Shown here: positions 23,691 to 35,080 of the stretch, piece by piece
Layout of the letters: the number at the start of each line of letters is the position of its first letter
Numbering within the stretch: the stretch's first letter is position 1
From: Octopus vulgaris
Taxonomy: Eukaryota
DNA: 64,000 nt
Reading direction: 5' to 3'
NCBI GenBank assembly: GCA_951406725.2
Contig: OX597831.1
Span: 70,680,001 to 70,744,000, forward strand
The notes under the pieces: model-generated
The model's input: the letters and a program-made list of their open reading frames with translations, nothing else
Told to the model about the DNA's origin: nothing
The model's database searches: none
Made by a program: the position numbers and the translations under genes

Positions 23691-25099
23691 AAGATCATTT
23701 TCCTTTAAAACAGTTCAAAATTCAGTGTTCTAAACATTTAGGGCTTCAGTCTATCAGCAACCTAATTTTTGGAACATTTGAATTTAGCCTTTTCGTTTTT
23801 GGCTTTCTCACATCCGGCCTTATAATTGACACTTCTTATGTGGCCACAAGACCTTGTATGATTCGTTTATAATTGGCTGCTAGCATTTTACCATATCTCT
23901 AAGTCATATACTTACAATCTAAATTTATGTATCACAATATTCATTAAGGAGCATCAAATTTATGAAGAAATATATCTCTGCTTGAATTCAGTATCTAAAC
24001 TGCAACACAGCAGCTTGTGTGGTTGATGAAAAGATAAAAAGAAGAAAAAAGGAAAAGTGAAACTTGTCATTGGTGAACATTTTCTTAACAGTTCTTATGA
24101 AATCTATTACTACATTTTCTTTTTCCTTTTCATTCATTAAAGAATGAACTTTGGATATCATGAAGTTTCTTTGTTGAGTATCTGAAGTCATATCTGCATG
24201 AGTAGGCTGAGAGGTTGTTCAGTGGTGTGCATCGAATCTAGACTTATGTACTGTCTAGCTGTAGATTGTCAGTCAGATTTGGAAAACAATTCCACTTGAT
24301 GATAATGGTTTCTGGTTGCTTATGTTATTCAGATTTTCCAGGTTGCTATTTTGGGAAAGAATTATTGCTGAAGAAATAAGTGTCTGTTGTTTTATACAGA
24401 TTATCGGCAACTTCTTTCATGGTTTCATTATTACGAAGTTTTTAGTCGAGCATTCCGCTTAATGCTGTAACAAATAAATAAATTGATATGAGAGATCTGC
24501 TTAAACAGACACGAAGGTTAGCTGAACATGCTATCATTCTACCATGTCATTTACCTTCATGACTATAGCAACAGAAACTATCAATACCCATCCACCATTG
24601 CCTGTGTGTATGTATATATGTATGTATATGTGTAAGAGTTGGGTATACTCTGTGTGTATGTATTTGTGTAGGAGTGCAATGGTTAAGTTGATACATACTG
24701 GTGTAATAGTTTCTGGTCAAGCTTTTAATATCTGCTACAATATACTCAATATCACCTGCACCAGTGCACCTAGATGCATTATGAATACAGACATGTAGTA
24801 ATTAGAGGGTTGCGCTCAAAATTTTAAGACTGTTGGTTCAATTCCTAATCCAAGCAGTGCAATTTGTTTTTGAAAAAGGTTCTTCATTTCATGTTGCTTC
24901 ATTTTACTGTTGAAATGTGTACCAAAGGCAGCTGGGGTTCATCTTGCGATACACTGAGAAATTTTACAGAGAGGTCTTGTAATCTGAAAGTCCCTTAAAC
25001 ATCTTAGAAACCTGGAAAAACCATGGCCTTATCTGTGGGTTTGAGATAGACTTTACTTCTTTAATACCCATCTAGATCATCAGTGTTATCATAACTATA

Positions 25100-25404
25100 T
25101 TATGCACCCTTTTCAAGCCTAGCCAGGCTCATGGGCCCGGTTTTCTGGTTTCTATGGCATATGTGTTCCTCCCAGCTGGACAGGATGCCAGTCCATCGCA
25201 GCGTTACTCAAGAAACAGGAAGAGAGAGTGAGAGAAAGTTGGAGTGAAAGAGTACAAAAGGGGTCGCCACCACCACTGCTGGAGCCTCATGGAGCTTTTA
25301 GTTGTTTCTGCTCAATAAACACACAATGCCCGGTCTGGGAATTGAAACTGCGATCCTCCAACCGTGAGTCTGCTGCCCTAACCACTGGGCCATTGAACCT
25401 CCAC
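25100..25404 (-). mobile_element. SINE family C, full length, tail type 3 (V-domain-like)
   Basis: Same head and core as 5911-6294; tail contains GCTGCGATGGACTGGCATCCTGTCCAG; TSD ATCATAACTATA. Confidence 0.8.
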
Positions 25405-25787
25405 ATCATAACTATAACTAACTTTGAAGTCCTAATAGTTCTTCTCGTTATTATCATTTTGTTTTAGCTGTTCTTTTCCCATGTTCATTGGTGATAGAGA
25501 CAGTTCTGCCAAATCTGTATAATTTGATCTGCAACTTCTCATGTTCTCACCTTATCAGTATTGCTGTGGTGTCATTTAGCTTTGATTTGTATTTTAAATC
25601 ATATTTAGTGAAAAAATAACTTTGTCGATTAAAATTTTCCTCTAGTTCAGCCACACACACTTTCACAAAATTTCTGACGTGAAATATTGATAAGGAAGCA
25701 TCTGTGCAGCCTAGGCAGAACAAATATCATACAGAATTTTCACACAAAATTAGTTTTCGAAAATATATAAATTACTAAAAGATACAT

Positions 25788-26203
25788 AGGTGCAGGAGTG
25801 GCTGTGTGGTAAGTAGCTTGTCTACCAACCACATGGTTCCGGGTTCAGTCCCAATGCGTGGCACCTTGGGCATGGGCTTTCTACTATAGCCTCCGGCCCA
25901 CCAATGCCTTGTGAGTGGATTTGGTAGATGGAAACTGAAAGAAGCCTGTCGTATATATGTATATATATATGTATGCGTGTGTGTGTTTGTGTGTCTGTGT
26001 TTGTCCCCTAGCATTGCTTGACAACCGATGCTAGTGTGTTTATGTCCCCGTCACTTAGCGGTTTGGCAAAAGAGACTGATAGAATAAGTACTGGGCTTAC
26101 AAAAGAATAAATCCCAGGGTCGAGTTGCTCGATTAAAGGTGGTGCTTCAGCATGGCCACAGTCAAATGACTGAAACAAGTAAAAGATTAAAAGAGTAAAA
26201 GAG
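25788..26203 (+). mobile_element. SINE family A
   Basis: Full-length copy. Confidence 0.9.
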
Positions 26204-26491
26204 ACAATGACACACACACCAATGCACACACACACATGCATGCATGCACACACGCATGCACACACACCACTATTGCTACCTGTATAGAATGTCTCCCACT
26301 GTCATCCTACTTTGACTGCTTTGTATGAATAAATAACAGGGATACTTCTTGATGCCCAAACCCTGGTCTTTGGATAAGTAGAGCTCAGTCTGCTATAATT
26401 ATTTGGACTAGGTTTCTAGTTTAAGGGTAGCTTCTACTTTCCTTCAACCAGTCTCATATCCCTGATGAATTTAAGGGATATGATTACTATT

Positions 26492-26770
26492 TTGCAGCGT
26501 GGAAGGTGTTTGTAAGCCATTTAAGAAACACACAAAAACCGTTCCATTCACTTCAACATTTATGTTTAATTTGTCAAAATATTTTCGTCGCTAAAATCCA
26601 CGACCTGTTCACTGACAAATATCCGTGCTGACAAAAATCCGTGCAGCACGGATTTTTGTCAGTGAACAGGTGTTTCTTAAAAGGCTTACAAACACCTTCC
26701 ACACTGCAATTGTTTTCGTTTCAGCACACGATCTCAGATCAAATCACTTGCTATGCAAGTACATCTCCGT
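26492..26770. mobile_element. ~280-bp insert with nested inverted repeats and a ~14-bp target duplication
   Basis: 40-bp IR at 26492-26531 and 26670-26709; inner IR CCTGTTCACTGACAAA..TTTGTCAGTGAACAGG; TGATTACTATTTTG at 26481-94 and 26770-83. Confidence 0.8.
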
Positions 26771-26873
26771 GATTACTATTTTGTATTCCTTGTACAAAGT
26801 CAAATGATAAAGAAAGATGCACCAGAACACAGCATATATTATATGCAGTGGTGCTTCTGCACCACTGACTCAC

Positions 26874-26980
26874 AACCTACAGACACTACGGAACGAAATT
26901 CATAGAATCTACATACTGATAATTGTAAAACCTCTTTAGCATCTTCTCTTAAACAATAGCCGTTACCGTACAGACAAGTT
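26874..26980 (-). CDS. Candidate exon (TCLYGNGYCLREDAKEVLQLSVCRFYEFRSVVSVG), unknown gene
   Basis: 35 open codons and consensus donor GTGAGT; the acceptor CAG has a poor pyrimidine tract. Confidence 0.25.
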
Positions 26981-26984
26981 CTGA

Positions 26985-27257
26985 TATGTGTGCATGCGTG
27001 TGTGTTTGTGAGTGTGTGTGTGTGTGTGTGTTTGTGTGTGTATGTCTGTTTGTGCGTGTAAATGTGTACATACATACACACACATACACGCACATACATA
27101 TATGTGTGTGCATGTGTGTATGCTAGCATGGAAAATGGATGTTAAATGATGATGATGATGATGATGATGATTTATTTATGTATGTATATTTAATATATAT
27201 GTTATATGTGAGTGTGTGTGTGTGTGTGCATATATATACAGAATATATATATATACA

Positions 27258-27294
<37 letters not shown>

Positions 27295-27535
27295 TACATA
27301 TATATATAGTGTATACATATGCACACACACGCATACACTCACATATAACACACACACACACACATATATATACCTGTTTATGTATGTATACTTCTTCATA
27401 TATATGTTATATGTGAGTGTATGTGTGTGTGTGTGTGCGCATATATATATATATATATATATACATATATATATACACACAGAATTCATATACACACAAT
27501 ACACACACACACACACACACACACATGTATATATG
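26985..27535. repeat. (TG)n/(TA)n/(CA)n block with a short RTE-tail insert (27122-27170)
   Basis: Read directly from the sequence. Confidence 0.85.
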
Positions 27536-27694
27536 GATGTGGTTACAGCATTAAAAAAAATTCTGTGATATTTTCTTGTAATCAATGTGTTAAAAAAATG
27601 TGTTTGTCTGAGATTTACTTTTAATCTATAAATACGACAGCAGAAGGTGAACATCATGTTTCAATACTAAACAGATAGAAAATATACTACAGCT

Positions 27695-28515
27695 TTTATC
27701 TTTTGCATGTTTCAATCATTAGACTGCAGCCATGCTGGGGCACTGACTTGAAGAATTGTTAATTGAATGAAACAACCCAAGTACATATATTTTTAAAACT
27801 TGGTACGTATTCTATCAGAGTCTTCTGCTGAACTACTAAGTTACAGGGATGTAAATACAGCAATACCTATTTCCTTACTACCCACAAGGGGCTAAACACA
27901 GAGAGGACAAACGAGGACAGACAAACGGATTAAGTCGATTATATCGACCCCAGTGCGTAACTGGTACTTAATTTATCGACCCCAGAAGGATGAAAGGCAA
28001 AGTCGACCTCGGCGGAATTTGAACTCAGAACGTAACGACAGACGAAATACCTATTTCTTTACTACTCACAAGGGGCTAAACACAGAGAGGACAAACAAGG
28101 ACAGACAAACGGATTAAGTCGATTATATCACCCCAGTGCATAACTGGTACTTAATTTATCGACCCCGAAAGGATGAAAGGCAAAGTCGACCTCAGCAGAA
28201 TTTGAACTCAGAACGTAACAGCAGACAAAATACCGCTAAGCATTTCACCCGGCGTGCTAAAGTTTCTGCCAGCTCATCGCCTTAAATACAGCAATACCAT
28301 GTATCAAGTGGGGGGGGGGGACAAACACAGAAACAAAGACATGCACACATAGATATATACATACGATGGGCTTCTTACAGTTTCCATATACCAAATCTTT
28401 TTACAAGGCTTTGGTCAGTCCAAGACTATAGTTGAAAATACTTGCCCAAGGTGCTATGAAATGGTATTGAACCTGGAACCATGTGGTTGGAAAGTAAGCT
28501 TCTTACCACACAGCA
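27695..28515 (-). mobile_element. Old SINE A containing a nested SINE B with duplicated 3' module (27868-28283)
   Basis: TSD AAATACAGCAATACC; ~183-bp unit tandemly duplicated. Confidence 0.85.
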
Positions 28516-28523
28516 CTTATACA

Positions 28524-28937
28524 TCTCTTTACTCTTTTACTCTATTACTTGTTTCAGTCATTTGACTGCGTCCATGCTGGAGCACCGCCTTTAGTCGAGC
28601 AACTCGACCCTGGGACTTATTCTTTGTAAGCCTGGGACTTATTCTATCGGTCTCTTTTGCCGAACCGCTAAGTGACGGGGACATAAACACACCAGCATCG
28701 GTTGTCAAGCAATGCTAGGGGGACAAACACAGACACACAAACACACACACATACATACATATATATACATATATACGACAGGCTTCTTTCAGTTTCCGTC
28801 TACCAAATCCACTTACAAGGCATTGGTCGGCCCGGGGCTATAGCAGAAGACACTTGCCCAAGATGCCATGCAGTGGGACTGAACCCGGAACCATGTGGTT
28901 GTTAGCAAGCTACTTACCACACAGCCACTCCTGCGCC
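28524..28937 (-). mobile_element. SINE family A
   Basis: Full-length reverse copy. Confidence 0.9.
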
Positions 28938-29699
28938 ATCTATAACATCTATATCCTTAAGCGCAACAAGATGATATTTAAACCAAAGAGCTATAATATA
29001 AATGTTCAAGTGAATATTTCAGACACCTCTTTAGGCTCACTCGTGTAATGTATAGAACATCTACAGGCAACTAACTGCAGTCGAAATAGTATAACATCTA
29101 TTTAACATTTACTCATAATGAACTGCAGGCACATTACAACAGCCATTACATCTCCCAATAGCTCATAAGCAAGACTACAATATCTATAAATCTTTTAGTG
29201 CATAGTGATTCTGAGTCTGTGTATTATTGTGGCCATGCTGGGTCTATTAGTGTGACTGGTGCCACTGCGACAAGCAGGGTTTTACTTCAGATAATGTTAA
29301 CTCTTGCAAGTCTATCCATTTGGTACTTGTTTAACTGATCACTGTTTATGGAACTAGTAAGCAATGGTTTCTGACATCAAGGACAAATTGACTCTAGTTT
29401 ACACCAGTAAATATAAACATTGATATGGAGAAAGGCAGATGCAACCACAAACACACATACACATATATCACATACGTACTTATTTAGTATTATCTTGGGA
29501 ACAACCTTATAGCATGCTTTCCAAAGCTCTTCTTTGGATATCAGCTACCAGATGCTATCATAAAGTAGGACTCTTCCTGTTACTGGAGGTGAGTCCTACT
29601 GCATGATAGGAGTCTTATATGGAAATTCACAAGTATCTGCAGAGTGTATACGAAAAAATTTTAATATAGGAAAATGGAATAGAAAGGCTTTATTACAAT

Positions 29700-30119
29700 A
29701 GGTGCAGGAGTGGCTGTGTGGTAAGTAGCTTGTTTACCAACCACATAGTTCCGGGTTCAGTCCCACTGCGTGGCACCTTTGGCAAATGTCTTCTACTATA
29801 GCCTCAGGCCGACCAAAGCCTTTTGAGTGGATTTGGTAGATGGAAACTGAAAGAAGCCCATTGGATATATGTATATATAGATGTGTGTGCGTGTATGTAT
29901 GTGTGTCTGTGTTTGTTCCCCTAGCATTGCTTGACAACCGATGCTGGTGTGTTTATGTCCCCGTCACTTAGCGGTTCGGCAAAAAGAGACCGATAGAATA
30001 AGTACTGGGCTTACAAAAGAATAAATCCCATGGTCGAGTCGCTCGATTAAAGGCGGTGCTCCAGCATGGCCACAGTCAAATGACTGAAACAAGTGAAAGA
30101 GTAAAAAGAGTAAAGAGTA
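29700..30119 (+). mobile_element. SINE family A
   Basis: Full-length copy. Confidence 0.9.
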
Positions 30120-30361
30120 ATTGTTCTGGTGTATCATTATCAGCTGGTAATTGCTGAATGTTACATTTATTATACACGTCACTGCATTAATGTGGTTCAA
30201 CAAAAGCTGTATTCAGATGAGCAGGGTTCAAATCTCTGCTTGATCATCTTTAGCACCTCTTCTTCTATTCCCATACATTTATGTAATTTTAATAGCATTC
30301 CATTGACAAAGAATACCACAGAAATACAAAGAGATACAAATGAGAAAAATACTAAAAATGA

Positions 30362-30665
30362 ATTGGTGGCATGTAAAAAGCACCATCCGATTGTGGCCGT
30401 TGCCAGCCTCGCCTGGCCCCCGTTCTGGTGGCACGTAAAAAGCACCATCCAATCGTGACTGCTGCCAGCCTCCCCTGGCACCTGTGCTGGCGGTACTTAA
30501 AAAGCACCCACTACACTCACAGAGTGGTTGGCGTTAGGAAGGGCATCAAGCTGTAGAAACACTGCCAGATCCGACTGGAGCCTGGTGCAGCCTTCTGGCT
30601 TCCCAGACCCCAGTTGAACCGTCCAACCCATGCTAGCATGGAAAGCGGACGCTAAATGATGATGA
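30362..30665 (+). mobile_element. RTE 3'-end-derived element
   Basis: GGCACGTAAAAAGCACC repeats and GCATGGAAAGCGGACG-(ATG)n end. Confidence 0.8.
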
Positions 30666-30965
30666 AACCCCTTATTCACTTCAGACTTCCAAGCACAGAC
30701 GTCTTTGAACTTATAGGAAAATAAAGTCATTCTAAGATAATAACGTCATGAAATGTTAAACTTGAACAATTACTTGTCTTTTGTGACTGTTACTACTTCC
30801 CCTTGTAAGGAAATCAATGGCATCTGGTCTCTTCCTTAGTTCAGCAGGGGGCCAAAACCTGTTTGCTTACAGATTCTTGATTTTGACCCAGGCTTTGTCA
30901 CTGTTGCTTTACAAGTCATTAAGAGAAATTGTTAAACCAAGAAGCTTTACTTGCATGTACCCTTA

Positions 30966-31162
30966 TACATACATACATACACAAACATATACATACCTAC
31001 ATACATACATACATACATACATACATACACATACATACATACATACATACATACATACATACATACATACATACATACATACATACATACATACATACAT
31101 ACATACACACACATACATACACACACACACACATACATACATACACATACATACATACATAC

Positions 31163-31195
<33 letters not shown>

Positions 31196-31620
31196 TACAT
31201 ATACACACACACACATACATACATACATACACACACACATACACAAACATATACATACATACATACATACATACACACACACACATACATACATACATAC
31301 ACACACATATACATACATACATACATACACACATACATACATACACACATACATACATACATACACACACATATATACATACATACATACACACTTACAT
31401 ACATACATACACACATACATACATACATACATACACACACACATACATACATACATACATACACACAAACACATACATACATACATACATACATACACAC
31501 ACACAGATACATACATACATACACACATACATACATACATACATACATACACACACACATACATACATACATACATACATACATACATACATGCACACAC
31601 ACACACATACACGCACACAT
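30966..31620. repeat. (CATA)n/(CA)n array ~650 bp
   Basis: Read directly from the sequence. Confidence 0.97.
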
Positions 31621-31981
31621 TTGTTTAACACTGATATACATATATCTACCTAAACATACACTCCTATTTTTCACTCTTATGAATGTATCTCCTTTCATGC
31701 AACTCTACATACAAGCCTCCAAATACACTCATATATAAATACTTTTCTCCGTACTTATAATCCATTCATTTTCACTTTTGAGACTAAACTCAAAAAAGAA
31801 ATATAATACTATGGGGTAACCATATTAGGTTTGTTTGTTCTGACCTACTAAGTTCAAAATATCATGATATCTCCATTTACGTATAATAATGCCACTTTGG
31901 AAACACGTGCAATATTCATTCTTTAACCAGGTCTTCCGAGTACATATTAGTACGTCATGGAAAATAGATCTGTCCTGCAGT

Positions 31982-32209
31982 TACTCTTTACTCTCTTTTA
32001 CTTGTTTCAGTCATTTGACTGCGGCCATGCTGGAGCACCACCTTTAGTCGAGCAGCTCGACCCCGGGACTTATTCTTTTTGTAAGCCCAGTACTTATTCT
32101 ATCGGTCTCTTTTGCCGAACCGCTAAGTAACAGGGACATAAACACACCAGCATCGGTTGTCAAGCAATGCTAGGGGGACAAACACAGACACACAAACTCA
32201 CACACGCAC

Positions 32210-32242
<33 letters not shown>

Positions 32243-32398
32243 TACGACAGGCTTCTTTCAGTTTCCGTCTACCAAATCCACTCACAAGGCTTTGGTCGGC
32301 CCGAGGCTATAATAGAAGACACTTGCCGCAGGTGCCATGCAGTGGGACTGAACCCGGAACCATGTGGTTGGTAAACAAGCTACTTACCACACAGCCAC
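31982..32398 (-). mobile_element. SINE family A
   Basis: Near full-length reverse copy. Confidence 0.9.
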
Positions 32399-32599
32399 AA
32401 CTTTTAACCAAATAACTTTACACACATTCAAATTATTATGAAATTGCATTAGTTTAGACAGACAAAAGTACAGTCATGCTAATAATGATAATAAAAACAC
32501 TTTCAATAAATATATTTTTCAATAAATAAATAAAGACATACACTGTGCATTCACTAGGATAAAATCAAATTTAATTCAATAATCTCAGACGAATTCATT

Positions 32600-32845
32600 T
32601 CAACAAAATGACATCAAGAGTTATTTCCCCTGTTTTTCGTTTCTGCATGTGTGACAAAAAGAAACAAAAACATTTTGATTCCTGAAACCAAAATTTAATG
32701 AGTTCGAGCCACTCATCCCAAAAATATTTCTGCCAAATTTGGTAAAAATCTGTTCAACCGTTTCTCAGTAATATTGCAAACACAAAGACAAACAGACAAA
32801 GGCATGTGACTACAATACCCTGCTTTCGCTTACACGTACAGGATT
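32600..32845 (+). mobile_element. Possible non-autonomous Helentron/HINE-like element
   Basis: GAGTTATTTCCC..CCAAATTTGGT..ATCTGTTCAACCGTTT..(ACAG-like repeat)..CAATACCC layout resembles molluscan HINEs as recalled; not verified. Confidence 0.4.
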
Positions 32846-32869
32846 ATGATTGATACAATATCAAATATC

Positions 32870-33013
32870 ACAGAATTCTCCAAAATTCCAAAATTGAGCT
32901 TTTAAGTCCATGGTTACATGTTGGAACAATTTCAGAGCGTTTGTTAATAAGATTATCATTGCATAACATTATGTCTTGCGTTTCTTCGAAGCAGAGTTTG
33001 CAGAGTTTGCATA
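32870..33013 (-). pseudogene. Penelope-like element ORF C-terminal fragment
   Basis: CKLCFEETQDIMLCNDNLINKRSEIVPTCNH resembles the PLE C.LCL.EK..I...LLNKRSE...C.H motif. Confidence 0.7.
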
Positions 33014-33293
33014 GAATACAGCTTTTGTTGGACCATATTAATGCAATGATGCGTATAATATAAGTAACATTCAACAATTATCAGCTGGTAATGATGAACC
33101 AAAACAATTGTAATGGTTTGTAATAAAGCCTGTTAATTTCACCTTTTCATATCAAAGTCATGTCACGCACACACACATACACACACACAAACACACACAC
33201 AAACACACACACCTCAAGCATATTTGTACTGGTAACAAGTTTGTATTTATAGCCATCACTGCTTATTACTTTCATCCCATACAATATACACAT

Positions 33294-33845
33294 TTACATA
33301 CATACATACATACGTACAAACTTACAAACATACATACATACGTACATACATACGTACATACGTACATACATACATACATACATACATACATACATACATA
33401 CATACATACGTACAAACTTACAAACATACATACATACGTACATACGTACATACGTACATACATACATACATACATACATACAAACATACGTACATACGTA
33501 CAAACATACATACATACATACATACATACAAACATACATACATACATACATACAAACATACATACATACATACATACATACATACATACAAACATACATA
33601 CATACATACAAACATACATACATACATACATACATACAAACATACATACATACGTACAAACATACATACAAACATACAAACATACAAACATACATACATA
33701 CATACATACAAACATACATACAAACATACAAACATACAAACATACATACATACATACATACATACAAACATACAAACATACAAACATACATACATACAAA
33801 CATACAAACATACAAACATACATACATACATACATACATACATAA
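33294..33845. repeat. (CATA/CAAA/CGTA)n array ~550 bp
   Basis: Read directly from the sequence. Confidence 0.97.
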
Positions 33846-34229
33846 CATAGAGTGGCACTATATTCTCTCCTGCTGAATCTTACCCACATTCTTATCACCC
33901 TCTTTACTCTCACTAACTCCCTGATGCTACTTTTCATTTCCCTCCAATTAACTTCTTCCTCAACAGTATCCCCCACCCTCAACAATAATCCTATGTAACT
34001 CTAAGAATTGTCTTGTATCTTAACCATCCAATACCATCACTGGATCCACCTGCTCAATCCGTACTACTACCATCATCCTTTTGACCTCTCCACCTCCCTC
34101 TTTTCTATTCAATAATCCCTAGTATTACTCTTCTTCTCCTTCTCTCTCCTTTGCCCCCTATACTCTCACCCCATCCTCTCACAATAAATTAACTCCTGCT
34201 ATCAATACGGACTCCTTTTTGATTTGCAA

Positions 34230-34460
34230 ACTGCAAGGTAATTTGCTTATGGTTAGGCAACCTCTTTAGTGCTGGTGCCGTGAAAAACATGTCCTCAGTA
34301 GACTCTGTAAAGTAGTTGGCATTAGGAAGGACATTCAGCTCTAGAAGCCAATCCATAGAGAAGGGTTATGAGGAAGATGTGGTCCTCTGACATGTTGGAC
34401 TATTCTACTCATGCCAGCATGGAAAGTAGACATGAAATGATATTGATGATCACCATCACC
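34230..34460 (+). mobile_element. Decayed RTE 3'-end-derived repeat
   Basis: GTTGGCATTAGGAAGGACATTCAGCT..GCATGGAAAGTAGAC. Confidence 0.6.
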
Positions 34461-35080
34461 ATGGGTGTGTTCATGTGCATGTTTACATATGAAGAGAATC
34501 CTGGAGATGATGGTGTGATTGAAGAATTTTTCAAACATTAATCCTTACTTCATGGTTACAATCACTTTCCAAATACTTCTTATGCATGCAGCAAGATGTA
34601 AATATTATTGTATGATTCAGATTCAAATTTCATTACTAGTGTTCAATACCGATCTAATAGATTTAGCCTCACTAATCAAGTACTGCCATTCAATAAATAT
34701 TCTAGCATAAAGATATTTGCTCGTATACTTTTAACAGACAATCCATTGCATACATCAAGAACTCTTGACTGGAATCAAAATCCAACACAAACTAATGAGA
34801 AACCTCTAAGTGGTTGCTATTTATTAATGATTTGTCCTAAAGATGATAGTCAGCCATTTATGTTTATATAAGATTTCTCAAAGAAGTGTCATACACTACA
34901 TAGCTTTTATACAAACTAAAAAATCAGAAACCTTATTGGATTTTCTTGATTTTAACCTCAGTTCATCCCCAACCCAACAGATTTATAGCCAAAGGTCTTC
35001 CTTCACTTATAATATAATAATGTATACCTGTTTTCTGTCACTATATTATTCTATGTTCTCTTTAGTAAAGGTTTACAACC

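Noticed and set aside
33118-33133. 16-nt exact match (TTGTAATAAAGCCTGT) to the stem II region of the 4250 hammerhead, near the PLE relic
   Set aside because: The flanks do not align and the segment belongs to the 30119/33014 duplication; this AT-rich match may be chance
30817-33985. Long ORFs of 140-278 aa (HTYI and MYVC repeats)
   Set aside because: Translations of (CATA)n arrays; the same applies to ORFs at 7389-7953, 13692-15421, 19781-20248, 21701-22161 and 27123-27657
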